A stretch of 63,367 bases of DNA, filler included, from Anaerolineae bacterium (GTDB lineage: Bacteria; Chloroflexota; Anaerolineae; Epilineales; Epilineaceae), in the NCBI GenBank assembly GCA_029262755.1. It is 8 parts of 8 records of this genome, joined end to end, with 100 filler letters (N's around TTAATTAATTAA, not from the genome) between each part and the next. Parts side by side here need not be neighbours in the genome. Positions count along the whole stretch, not along the records: positions 29,122 to 43,307 come from JAJCYU010000199.1; 7 more parts are not named here. One strand, written 5' to 3'. The notes below the pieces were generated by a model, which had not been told where the DNA came from, searched no databases, and worked only from the letters and a program-made list of their open reading frames with translations. The translations under genes were made by a program, and so were the position numbers. Below, piece after piece: positions 29,505 to 38,517 of this stretch; positions within the stretch are counted from its first letter, which is position 1; every line of letters starts with the position of its first letter.

Positions 29505-29777
29505 CTAATCCCACATCGAGCGGAACTGGCTCAACCATCCATCCACTTCCTCGAGCGGATCCGGGTCCAACGAGTAATGGCGCTTCGGTCCCTCCGCGCG
29601 CACGGTCGCGAAGCCGCTCTCCCGCAACACGCGCAGGTGCCGCGACACAGCAGGCTGTGAGATGTCGTGCTCGGCTTGGATGACCATCTGGATCCACCGC
29701 GTGGGCTGCTCGTCGACCAAGAGCAGCTCGAGGATGCGGCGTCGAACGGGATCCCCGAGCACGTCGAAGGCGTTCAT
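29505..29777 (-). pseudogene. ArsR/SmtB family regulator cut short by an in-frame TAG
   Basis: MNAFDVLGDPVRRRILELL...ISQPAVSRHLRVLRESGF; the family-like tail RTDALGTEVARGKR continues in frame after the TAG at 29505-29507. Confidence 0.75.
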
Positions 29778-30032
29778 CAGGGCTTCCTCGCGGAGGGTTT
29801 CTGGGCGCGTGACAGGGGGTCGGGGTGTCCTCCAAAACAGCATATCACCCCGCGGTTATATAAGGCAAGCGTTATATAGGGTTTTGGAGGAGACCCCAGC
29901 CGGCGATGCATCGTCGGCACACAGGCTGGCGCTTCGGGGCTGGTGCCCGACGACGCACCCCAAAGTGCGTCCCCCTAGTGCGCACCCACATTCCGCCCCC
30001 ACAATGCGTCCCCCTTATCCTCTGCTGACGTC

Positions 30033-32246
30033 ATGGCATCCACACCGCACCACCAACCAGGAACCCCCGCGTGCCGGCGGCACGCCAGCGGAGCCGTTAT
30101 GTTCGCATCGCCCCCATCGGCTTGCACCAAAGGCAGCCATCGCACCGTCGTCACGCGCCTCATAGACCGCACCCGACGTCTGACGCTGACGATCGCCCTC
30201 GTGCTCGGCGCAACGTCCGCGCACGCCGCGCCCGCGGCCCAGGGTGAGCTGATCCGGCTGGGTGAGCCCCTGCCAGCGGACCTGACCGCCATCGAAGTGC
30301 GCGGGCTATCCGTAACGGCCATCGAGGGCGGCGAGGTCGGCGCGATCGCGGTGGATGGAACGCGTGAGATGGCATGGGTGGGCCGCGGGTGGCGTGTCAC
30401 GGCCTATGACGTGGCCGGCAAGATTCCGCGCGAGTTAGGGCGCACCCCGGTGCTACCAGGACCGGTAGTCGACCTCGCGGCCGTGGCCGACGGCGTCATC
30501 ATCCTGAGCGGTGGCGCCGCGCCTGGCACGTGGTGGCTGGATGGGCGCGACCCCACCCGGCCGCACGACGTGCGGCCCATGGATGTGGGCGGCACCCCAC
30601 ACGCCGTGGGCGCGGACGGCGACAAGGCGGCCTTGCTGATGCGCGGCGAATTGGTGTGGCTGGACTTCGCCAACATGAGCGAGCCACGCGTGGTAGCCCG
30701 TCGCACGTTTTCGGATAACTCCTCGGGGCCGGTGCCCGCTGAGTTGGCCGTCTCGGGAAGCCGCGTGGCCGCGTATCTGGCCAATCGCGTGCTCCTGACG
30801 GACTTTGACGAACAGGCCGACCCGAGGGTGCTGCGCCTGTTGATGGACGGCGGCGGGACCGCCATCGCATTCTCCGATAGCAACCTCGTCATCGTCCAGG
30901 GCGGATCGATTCTCATGATCTTCGATGCCGCTGCCGCGAACGCACTCGCGAAGTGGCACGAGATCGATGTGCATGAGCCCGATGACAGTACGTCGTTCGT
31001 GCACGCCACGACGGTGGTGGGCGACCGCATCTTCATGCTTGTAAGCCTGCTCCGCGATCGCGGGCCCTTGGTACGCGTGCTGGACCGCGATGCGAACACC
31101 GGCATCTGGAAGGAGATCCACGGGCTCGCGATGCCGGATCAAGGACCGGGGCCGATGGCAGTCTATGAAAGGTCTTCCACGGAGTTGCGCGTGGTCGCGG
31201 CCGGCCCCGTCAGGGTCCACCTCATGGACACCACGGTGAGCGCGGGCAGTTTCTCCGGCAACGGCATCGCGCGTTGGCCCATCGGTCGCGTGACGGGCGC
31301 CGCTGTGCGAGGGGATGTCCTGTTGGCCGAGGGGCCAGGCGGGCTCACGCGCCTGGACACGTCCGGATCGGGAGCGCCGGTCGTGGACGGGTTCCTTGCA
31401 TTGCCCGAGGCGACCACGAGCGATACGGGTTGGTCCTCGGGCGGAGCTTGGCACGGCGAAACTTACTGGCTCCCGACAAACACAGCGGTCCACGTCATCG
31501 ACACCAGCCGACCAGGAGCTCCCCTCGAGCTGACGCGGATTCCGCTGCCTTGTGGGAATCGAGCCGAGGTCGTGGTATCCGAGCCGTGGGTGCTTGTGGT
31601 CGGGCAGCGCTGCGTGACGGTGATCGATCCGCGGGATCCGACGGCGCCGCGGGTCGAGGCGGAGTGGCCGCTGCCCAACCTCCTCGTTCACGTCATTGGA
31701 GTCGCTCGAAACGCGCTCTGGCTGACCGTGGCCGCGGGAGCCGGCTCACGGCTGACGGCCATCGACCTGACCACAGGGGAGGCCGCGCACGCGTCGCGCA
31801 CGGTCCCGATCGTAGGCACCGTGCTCGGCGGTGCGACCCTCCACGAACGCCTGCTCACCGTCCTTTGGCGCAGCCCGAGCTCCCCCACGAGGCTCGTGCT
31901 CACTATGTTCGACGTGGCCACGAGCGGCCGGCTCCGAGCCCAGGGCGGCATCGAGTTCGAGCAGATGAGACCTGGCCCCCCGCTGCTCACGGGAAAGCCA
32001 CTGGTCGATGGCCACGATCTCCTGCTCACGATCGCCGACGACTGGCTGGTCCGCATCGACCTGCGCGACCCAGCGCGCCCCGACGAGGTCGCGCGCTGGC
32101 GCCTGCCGGGCCCGTGGCGGGCGCAGGCTTTTGCCTCGGCGACGCTCTGGGCAACGACGCGGGACGGAACGCTCGTAGGGTTGGCGATGGGAGCGCGGCC
32201 CGCGGAACCGAGAGTGCGCGCGTGGTTGCCGTGGGTGATGCGGTGA
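30033..32246 (+). CDS. Secreted beta-propeller-like protein with C-terminal AWLPWVMR
   Basis: Signal peptide (true start probably further downstream); N-terminal blade AWVGRGWRV...GRTPVLPGPV resembles those at 14671 and 39088. Confidence 0.72.
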   Translation: MASTPHHQPGTPACRRHASGAVMFASPPSACTKGSHRTVVTRLIDRTRRLTLTIALVLGATSAHAAPAAQGELIRLGEPLPADLTAIEVRGLSVTAIEGGEVGAIAVDGTREMAWVGRGWRVTAYDVAGKIPRELGRTPVLPGPVVDLAAVADGVIILSGGAAPGTWWLDGRDPTRPHDVRPMDVGGTPHAVGADGDKAALLMRGELVWLDFANMSEPRVVARRTFSDNSSGPVPAELAVSGSRVAAYLANRVLLTDFDEQADPRVLRLLMDGGGTAIAFSDSNLVIVQGGSILMIFDAAAANALAKWHEIDVHEPDDSTSFVHATTVVGDRIFMLVSLLRDRGPLVRVLDRDANTGIWKEIHGLAMPDQGPGPMAVYERSSTELRVVAAGPVRVHLMDTTVSAGSFSGNGIARWPIGRVTGAAVRGDVLLAEGPGGLTRLDTSGSGAPVVDGFLALPEATTSDTGWSSGGAWHGETYWLPTNTAVHVIDTSRPGAPLELTRIPLPCGNRAEVVVSEPWVLVVGQRCVTVIDPRDPTAPRVEAEWPLPNLLVHVIGVARNALWLTVAAGAGSRLTAIDLTTGEAAHASRTVPIVGTVLGGATLHERLLTVLWRSPSSPTRLVLTMFDVATSGRLRAQGGIEFEQMRPGPPLLTGKPLVDGHDLLLTIADDWLVRIDLRDPARPDEVARWRLPGPWRAQAFASATLWATTRDGTLVGLAMGARPAEPRVRAWLPWVMR

Positions 32247-32292
32247 GTGCGAGTCGCGGAGCTCGGACCCCCGCCCGGCCGGCATGGCGACG

Positions 32293-33204
32293 TCAGTCGG
32301 GCTCGATCCACGGTCCGCCGACTTCTCCCCAGCCCCATGTGGGCATGGGGCCATCGGCGTTCACGGAGGTGCCGGGCTGCGAGTTGATCACCGCAAGGCG
32401 CGAGCCCCATTCCACGTAGGCCGCTAGGGCCGAGCGGAACTCCGGATCATCCGGGAGACCCACCCTGTCGGCCGACTCGAAGAGCAAGCGTGCCCACCGC
32501 GCGCGTTGGCGTTGCGTCAGGTGACGCTCCAGGTGGGCCCGGATCATGTTCGGGTGCCCGCCCCGCTCTCGAGTGTAGGCATCCGGCCCGCCGAGCACTT
32601 CAGCGATGAACTGCGCCACGAAGGTGGGATGGCGTCCGTCCATGTGCTCGAAAACAGGCGCAAGCTCGGGGTCCTCGCGGACCACGCCGTAGAAGTCTTC
32701 GATCCAGGCCTGGATGGCCATGGCCCCGCCGGCCCACTCGTAGAGCGAGGGAGGTCCGTCCGCCTCGCACAGCGCCTTCAGCCGCTCCAGCGCCTTCGGC
32801 CAACTCTCTTGCATCATCTGCTCGAATTCACCGCTCACGTCCTGCTCGATGATCAACTCGGTGCCGCCCGCCACCGGCCGGAAGATGTAGTTCTCGTAGG
32901 CGGGCGCCCATGCGCGTACCGCCTCGCTTTCCGTGTCCTCGACTCCGTTCATCACGTAGCCGAGGTGGCGGATCGAGATCCGCTCGTGCCGCAGATTCTC
33001 TGCGATCTCGGCGATCATCCCGTCGCCGGAGGGACTCAAGAAGCGGATGCCCTCGCCTTGCACCCACGAACCCTCGAAGTACGAGCCCTCGTGAAACGCC
33101 GCCGTCCATTCACAGTAGCTCTCGTCCCCCAGCATCTCGTCCCACACCCGCTCCACCGGCGCGGCGATGGTAGTCCTGAACTCAAGGCGTTTAGCGTCCG
33201 ACAT
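32293..33204 (-). CDS. Fusion of an SRPBCC (START-like) domain and a group II truncated haemoglobin
   Basis: N half: IAAPVERVW...FEGSW...SWPKALERLKALCE. C half: PSLYEWAGG...FYGVVREDPELAPVF...EVLGGP...HPNMIRAH...LPDDPEFRSA...YVEWGSR. Confidence 0.85.
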   Translation of the reverse strand: MSDAKRLEFRTTIAAPVERVWDEMLGDESYCEWTAAFHEGSYFEGSWVQGEGIRFLSPSGDGMIAEIAENLRHERISIRHLGYVMNGVEDTESEAVRAWAPAYENYIFRPVAGGTELIIEQDVSGEFEQMMQESWPKALERLKALCEADGPPSLYEWAGGAMAIQAWIEDFYGVVREDPELAPVFEHMDGRHPTFVAQFIAEVLGGPDAYTRERGGHPNMIRAHLERHLTQRQRARWARLLFESADRVGLPDDPEFRSALAAYVEWGSRLAVINSQPGTSVNADGPMPTWGWGEVGGPWIEPD

Positions 33205-33389
33205 CCGTCACTCCTCGTATGGTGGAGGGGGGAAGGCAAACTCTAGCAGCGCAACATAGCAGCCCAACGGAAGGGCCTCAGCCGTAGACACACAGCAACA
33301 GGGATGCTCGCCGCGCCTATGATTCGGAAACGGAGTTTGAGAAGCGCAGACTTATCGTACCGATCCACTCGTCCGAAGGATGATGCTAC

Positions 33390-33941
33390 ATGACACAAAG
33401 CGAAACGAAGTCCGCGTTCGACGCGAAGCTTCTGCGTCCAGCCAAGGCAAACGGCGACGCCCCGTACGCCTTCGTCCTGGTCCCAAAGGAAGCGAGCGCA
33501 GCCCTTCCGCGACGCGGCAGGGCGACGGTCGACGGCACGATCAACGGCCATTCCTTCCAGGTGACCCTGGAGCCGGACGGCCAGCTCAGCCACTGGCTGC
33601 CCCTCGACAATGAGCTACTCAAGGCCGCCGGCGCCCAAATCGGTGACAGCGCTGCATTCGAGATCAAGGCCGTGGAGCAGGAGCCCGAGCCGGAGATCCC
33701 CGCAGACCTGCTCGAGGCGCTCCATGCTTCCCCCGAAGCCAAGGCAACGTGGGACGACACAACCACGATCGCCCGCCTGGATTGGATCCATTGGATCGTG
33801 TCCGCCAAGCAGAACAAGACCCGCGTGAAGCGCATCCGCGACGCCTGCGACAAGCTCAGCTCGGGCAACCGCCGCGTGTGCTGCTTCGATCAATCGGGCT
33901 TCTACAGCAAGGCATTGAAGGCGCCGCAAGCGGCGGAGTAG
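33390..33941 (+). CDS. DUF1905 + YdeI/OmpD-associated family protein
   Basis: LPRRGRATVDGTING, IPADLLEAL and DWIHWIVSAKQNKTRVKRI. Confidence 0.85.
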   Translation: MTQSETKSAFDAKLLRPAKANGDAPYAFVLVPKEASAALPRRGRATVDGTINGHSFQVTLEPDGQLSHWLPLDNELLKAAGAQIGDSAAFEIKAVEQEPEPEIPADLLEALHASPEAKATWDDTTTIARLDWIHWIVSAKQNKTRVKRIRDACDKLSSGNRRVCCFDQSGFYSKALKAPQAAE

Positions 33942-34010
33942 CGTGCCACCCATTCGTTCGCCTACCGTACCCGCATGCTCTTGTGTGCCCCCCGCAATCG
34001 AGGTGAACGA

Positions 34011-35657
34011 ATGGCGTTGCAGACTCTGTTTCCCGGCTCCGGCGAGATGGTGCCCCCCCAACCCGAGCATGAGCACCTTCGCTTCACGTTCAAGATGTGG
34101 GGCGCGGCTACCGCGCCCGACGTGCCTCTCTCCGACATCCGGGCGTTCCTCGGGGTTTGGGACCCTATGACCGGCGACTTCCGGGTGTGGGATTCCAACG
34201 CCAACGATTGGGCCACCGTACTCACCCGGCAAAGCTACGGACGGCTCCCCGCGCGACGCGATGCGCCGGCGGATATCGATCGCGGCGAACCGGTCCCCGC
34301 ATGGTTCGAGCAAGGCGCCCCCATCGAGCAGGCCGGCGCGCCGACGTTAGAGACCGTTGGGCTGCATTTCATCCCCGCCACGCCCTTCCAGGTCGCCATT
34401 CCGGAGAGCTCGTTCCCCCGGCATCCGTTTCCGCTGACCATCGACGGTAACACGCCAAACGATGTGGACGTGCTGCTCATTCAGCTCGCCGGGCGCTCCT
34501 CCGGCCGCAAGAAGTGGTTTCGGGGCGCGAATCGCAACGGCTTTGTGGCACGGGTGAACTTTCTCGACAGGGATCAGCCCCAAGTGTCCATGACCTCGCC
34601 GGTGCAGTGGAACGCGGGGGCGATTGCGTTCGGTGTTGCCAATACGCCCATCACGTTCAGCGGTCGCGTCATCGATCCGACCACCCCCAGGACGAGCGGT
34701 ATTTCGGGCGCTTTCCTCACCATCTACGATCGGGGCTCGATACCCGAACGCGTGTGGGACTTTCCGCTGTCCCAATGGCGGGATCTCGAACCGGGCCCTG
34801 TTCTAGAGGGCCCGCCGCATCGCGCGCTGGAACTGGAGCCGGTCGTCGGCGAGCCCGGCGCTGCGAGCTTCTCCACGGTGTGGCAGGAGCCTGCAGGCGG
34901 CAGCGGGTTCTTCGAGGCCAACATCCATGTCGTGGACAAGCGAGGCAACGAGCGCACACAACGGTGGTGGTTCTTGACGGACGAGGAGGCGCCGACGCTG
35001 CAGATTCATGTACCGGCCCCGAACCAATCGGTCATCGGACCCCAGGCGATCGTCGAGGCGGAGGCAAGCGACGGCACCATTCTCCGGCAAGTCACCCTGC
35101 AGATCGTGGACAACTTCAAGGGCCAGTACTGGCACCCCAGGCGTCTGAATTGGGTGAACACGCCGACGGCGTTTGAACCTCCGACTCGAGAGGAGCACGG
35201 ACGGACCGTCCTTCGCTACCGCTTCAATCCCTTGAAAAAGAGCGGCTACTTCTCCGTCCGTCTTCGCGCCGTGGACCAGGCGGGCAACGTCAGCACGGCG
35301 ATGCGCACCATGCACTACCTGGCCGAGGACACGGTGGCACCGATCGTCCAGATCCAGAGCCCCTTGAACGGTTCTATCCACCCGTCCGGTTCGGTCGAGT
35401 TGTCCGGCCGCGTTTTGGACAATCATCAGGTGGCGGTGTTCCACCTCTATATCGACCCGCTACACGTGACGAACTCCCCTCACTTTGTGCAATCCATTCC
35501 CCTCACCCCCGTGGCCAACGGGTGGCAGACCTGGTCTCACACCCTGGACATGGCGCGGCTCGACGGTCCCGGAAGCTACAAGGTGACTGCCATCGCGATC
35601 GATCCGGACGACAACGAGAGCCAGACTGACATGGTCGTGCATCTGGGGACGCCTTGA
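34011..35657 (+). CDS. Protein with at least three tandem bacterial Ig-like domains
   Basis: Repeats P-x-(V/L)-x-(I/M)-x-x-P...VD(K/Q)xGN; GAGGTG SD before the ATG at 34011. Confidence 0.65.
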   Translation: MALQTLFPGSGEMVPPQPEHEHLRFTFKMWGAATAPDVPLSDIRAFLGVWDPMTGDFRVWDSNANDWATVLTRQSYGRLPARRDAPADIDRGEPVPAWFEQGAPIEQAGAPTLETVGLHFIPATPFQVAIPESSFPRHPFPLTIDGNTPNDVDVLLIQLAGRSSGRKKWFRGANRNGFVARVNFLDRDQPQVSMTSPVQWNAGAIAFGVANTPITFSGRVIDPTTPRTSGISGAFLTIYDRGSIPERVWDFPLSQWRDLEPGPVLEGPPHRALELEPVVGEPGAASFSTVWQEPAGGSGFFEANIHVVDKRGNERTQRWWFLTDEEAPTLQIHVPAPNQSVIGPQAIVEAEASDGTILRQVTLQIVDNFKGQYWHPRRLNWVNTPTAFEPPTREEHGRTVLRYRFNPLKKSGYFSVRLRAVDQAGNVSTAMRTMHYLAEDTVAPIVQIQSPLNGSIHPSGSVELSGRVLDNHQVAVFHLYIDPLHVTNSPHFVQSIPLTPVANGWQTWSHTLDMARLDGPGSYKVTAIAIDPDDNESQTDMVVHLGTP

Positions 35658-35720
35658 GGTCCCGCGGATCTTATCAACGCTGCCGCAGGACCGAGAGGCA
35701 AGTCAGGATATCTACGTCTT

Positions 35721-36548
35721 TCAGCGCTCATCCGCAGCAAGGGCCAGCACGATCGCCTCGGTCGTCAAGGCTCGCTGGCGCTCGGGATCCACGCCGGCGC
35801 GACAATCGCCCGGTTGGAAGCCGTAGTTGCCGAATTGGGAGTGGTTGCCGCCTTCGATCACGATCCAGCGCGTGGTCGCCGGCAGCAGCGGCCGACGGCG
35901 CTCGCTCTTCGCCAGATCGGCGATGCAGTCCTTGTCGCCGACGATCTTCGTCATCGGCACGTCGGACGCCGCCAGGCTGAAGTCGCGCGGATGGGTCGTA
36001 CCGACGAGCACGAGCGCCACGATGCCGCTTGCGTCCTCGTGGAGCATGCGCGCCGCGACCACCGCCCCTTTGGAATGCCCGGCGACGACCCAGCCGCTTG
36101 CCTCCGGGACGGACGCCATCGCCGCGCGGGCGCGATCGATGACCTCGGGTCCGTCCGCAGCGCCAAACGCGCCGCGGTTCGGGAGCTCGACCAAGAGGAC
36201 CGGGTACCCGGCCGTGGCTACGTCGCGCGCCATGGGTGCGTAGGCGATGGGATCCACAAGCGCACCGGCGAAGAACAGTAGGCCGCGAGCTGGGGAGGTG
36301 GCGACGCCGCGCGGTGCGAACTTCCAATGCCCGTCGCCTCGCGTGACCTGCACGAGATCGTCGCCGGCAATCGCCGCCCGCGCGCTGCCGTCGGCGCGAT
36401 AGGCGATTGCGGACCAGCCTGCGAGGACGACCAACACGATCGTGCCGATCGTGGCCCATACTCTGCGCACGCGTTGCAGATACCACCGGAAGCCGCGCTC
36501 TTGCGATGCGCGGGATGCCGGACTGGAATCGTGCGTGGGGTGGGTCAC
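35721..36548 (-). CDS. Membrane-anchored alpha/beta hydrolase
   Basis: GALVDPIAYAP, nucleophile elbow GHSKG, and IEGGNHSQFGNYG. Confidence 0.88.
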   Translation of the reverse strand: MTHPTHDSSPASRASQERGFRWYLQRVRRVWATIGTIVLVVLAGWSAIAYRADGSARAAIAGDDLVQVTRGDGHWKFAPRGVATSPARGLLFFAGALVDPIAYAPMARDVATAGYPVLLVELPNRGAFGAADGPEVIDRARAAMASVPEASGWVVAGHSKGAVVAARMLHEDASGIVALVLVGTTHPRDFSLAASDVPMTKIVGDKDCIADLAKSERRRPLLPATTRWIVIEGGNHSQFGNYGFQPGDCRAGVDPERQRALTTEAIVLALAADER

Positions 36549-36834
36549 GGTGTTCGTTCCTCCGGGCAGGCCCGTCCATGCGGCCGCTGGCTCTGCAGGC
36601 TGCCGAGATCACCGAGCTGACGTACTTGGGGGCCAACACTGCGAGGGACAACGGCTCCGCTGCAACGCACCCTGCAACAAGACTGGGTGAGCAGGACCAA
36701 ACAATACCAAGTAAGGGAACCGGCAGGTGTAAGTAGGGCATTGGGCACGTTGCCTACTTACAAGTCCCGTTGACAAGCTGGCGTGTGGATCGTGACGAAG
36801 GAACGGCACCGGTTGGTGTTGGTGCCTCCCATAC

Positions 36835-37248
36835 CTACACCTTCAGGAAGGGGTTGACCACCTGCATGCCATCGAAGTCCTGGCCGTGCTGGAGGTCTTC
36901 GGTCAGCAACGTTCGACAGCCCATGGCCTGGGCCGCGGCGACGATGGCTGCATCCCAGTAGCTGATCGACCCGCGCTTGCTCAGCGCCAGTGCGGCTTGC
37001 AGCACGTCCGTCGTGATGGCTTGGATGGGGTAGCGCGCCATCGTGTCCATGAAGGCGGTCGCGGCATCGTGGGCGATCCGGACGGCCGTGGTCGGGCGTG
37101 TGGCCTGGACGTAGAATTCCTGCAGCACCTGCACGGACAGGGCGAGATCGCGCTCACGCAGCAACGCTGTTGCACGCGCCGCCTTCTCTGCTTCGTCCGG
37201 CCTTGAGCTGATCGCATACAGCAGGACGTTCGTGTCAACGAAGCGCAT
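36835..37248 (-). CDS. vapC: PIN-domain (VapC) toxin
   Basis: FVDTNVLLY, VQVLQEFY, SYWDAAIVAAA and LTEDLQHG...NPF. Confidence 0.92.
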   Translation of the reverse strand: MRFVDTNVLLYAISSRPDEAEKAARATALLRERDLALSVQVLQEFYVQATRPTTAVRIAHDAATAFMDTMARYPIQAITTDVLQAALALSKRGSISYWDAAIVAAAQAMGCRTLLTEDLQHGQDFDGMQVVNPFLKV

Positions 37249-37489
37249 CGCGACCATGAACGTCGTCGCGGGACAGGCGGTCGGAGGCCGCGAAGCCGGG
37301 GTGCTCCTGACGGATGCGCTCGATCACGGCCTCTTGCTCTCGCTGGAGCCTTCGGAAACGCGCATCGCCCTGAACGAGCCCTTGAAGGAAGGCGCGCACC
37401 ATCGCGGACACCGTGGAGCCCTCCTCGGCCGCCCGGACTCTCGCTTGACGATACAGTTCATCATCGACTGTCACGGTAATATTCCTCAT
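37235..37489 (-). CDS. Ribbon-helix-helix antitoxin
   Basis: MRNITVTVDDELYRQARVRAAEEGSTVSAMVRAFL; overlaps the PIN gene. Confidence 0.85.
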   Translation of the reverse strand: MRNITVTVDDELYRQARVRAAEEGSTVSAMVRAFLQGLVQGDARFRRLQREQEAVIERIRQEHPGFAASDRLSRDDVHGRDALR

Positions 37490-37492
37490 GGG

Positions 37493-37516
37493 TTCACAGT
37501 ATCACAGTTTCACAGT
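37493..37516. promoter_or_regulatory. Three tandem 8-bp repeats (WTCACAGT), probable antitoxin operator
   Basis: TTCACAGT ATCACAGT TTCACAGT, immediately upstream of the antitoxin start codon. Confidence 0.65.
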
Positions 37517-37583
37517 CAGCGCAATGGCCCGCATGGCCACGATCGCGACCGGCTGGGCGCCGCGATGGCGACTAGTGCCATCC

Positions 37584-37620
37584 AACAAGAAGGCCCCGAC
37601 CGAAGTCGGGGCCTCTTGTT
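37584..37620 (-). terminator. Intrinsic terminator of the HU-like gene
   Basis: Minus strand AGGCCCCGAC-TTCG-GTCGGGGCCT (cUUCGg loop) followed by TCTTGTT. Confidence 0.75.
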
Positions 37621-37674
37621 TGGTGCGCCTGCTGGTCAAGCGGGTTATTGCAAGCCCGCGATTGCGCGATGCGG

Positions 37675-38097
37675 CTACGCTGCCAGACTGAACCCGGGCG
37701 GCAGCTCCACCAGATCGTCCGGGTGCTCCTCGTTCCAACGCAAGACGACCTCGGACGTGCTCAGCCCGATGTTCTCGCGTCGCCGGATCTCGCCGCGGAA
37801 CGCAGCGACGTCTTGCAGCGAGGTGCGCAGATCCCGGTCGACCGAGACTGCCGGGCGCATCCGGCCGTCCAACCGCACATGTACTGAGAAGCGCCCGATG
37901 CCGGGCAGGCGCACGGCGTTGCCCTTGCGCAGTTGCTTGCGCAGCTCCACCTGCAGATCCGTGAGCACCATGCGCGCGATGCTCTCGCTGAACAGGGAGC
38001 CCTGTGCCAGGTTCTCGGCCAGTTCTTCCATGCCGATGGTTTCCTTCGGTACAACCCGCGGACGATGAGCATTCACTGCTTCGATCAACGTGGCCAT
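37675..38097 (-). CDS. HU/IHF-fold DNA-binding protein, extended type
   Basis: LRKQLRKGNAVRLPGIGRFSV HU signature plus a C-terminal extension. Confidence 0.75.
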   Translation of the reverse strand: MATLIEAVNAHRPRVVPKETIGMEELAENLAQGSLFSESIARMVLTDLQVELRKQLRKGNAVRLPGIGRFSVHVRLDGRMRPAVSVDRDLRTSLQDVAAFRGEIRRRENIGLSTSEVVLRWNEEHPDDLVELPPGFSLAA

Positions 38098-38274
38098 GAC
38101 AAACTCCTTACAGTCGCTAAGGCCAAAAAGAGAGAACGGGGCGGGTTCAAGTGAAGCGCTTCAGTGGCCCCTAACGCGACAGCAAGGCGAGCGGTTCCTC
38201 AGGTTTGATGAGAGCTTCATTGGAACGTTGCGTTACCTCTCTAGAAACGCTTTACTTCTGGTAGGAGGTAACGA

Positions 38275-38517
38275 ATGGCAAACGAACTGGCGACATCGCG
38301 ACTGTCCTCCAAGCGACAGATCACTGTTCCGGCAAGGATGGCGCGCGCCCTGGGTCTTGAGCCGGGCGATCGGGTGATTCTGCGCCTGGAAGCTAATCAC
38401 ATTGTCCTTGCTCCAGCACCCGATTCACTGGCCGATGCGATGGCAGGGAGTCTGAAGGGGCGCTACGGCGACGTGGAGAGCTACGTTCGCGAAGAGCGAG
38501 GCTCCTGGGGCGAATGA
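38275..38517 (+). CDS. vapB: AbrB/MazE/SpoVT-type antitoxin
   Basis: SRLSSKRQITVPARMARALGLEPGDRV; AGGAGG SD. Confidence 0.88.
   Translation: MANELATSRLSSKRQITVPARMARALGLEPGDRVILRLEANHIVLAPAPDSLADAMAGSLKGRYGDVESYVREERGSWGE

Noticed and set aside
33262..33340. Integron attC site (GCCCAAC...TCAGCCG left-arm-like sequence)
   Set aside because: No complementary right arm ending in GTTRRRY was found, there is no integron integrase, and neighbouring genes are not co-oriented.
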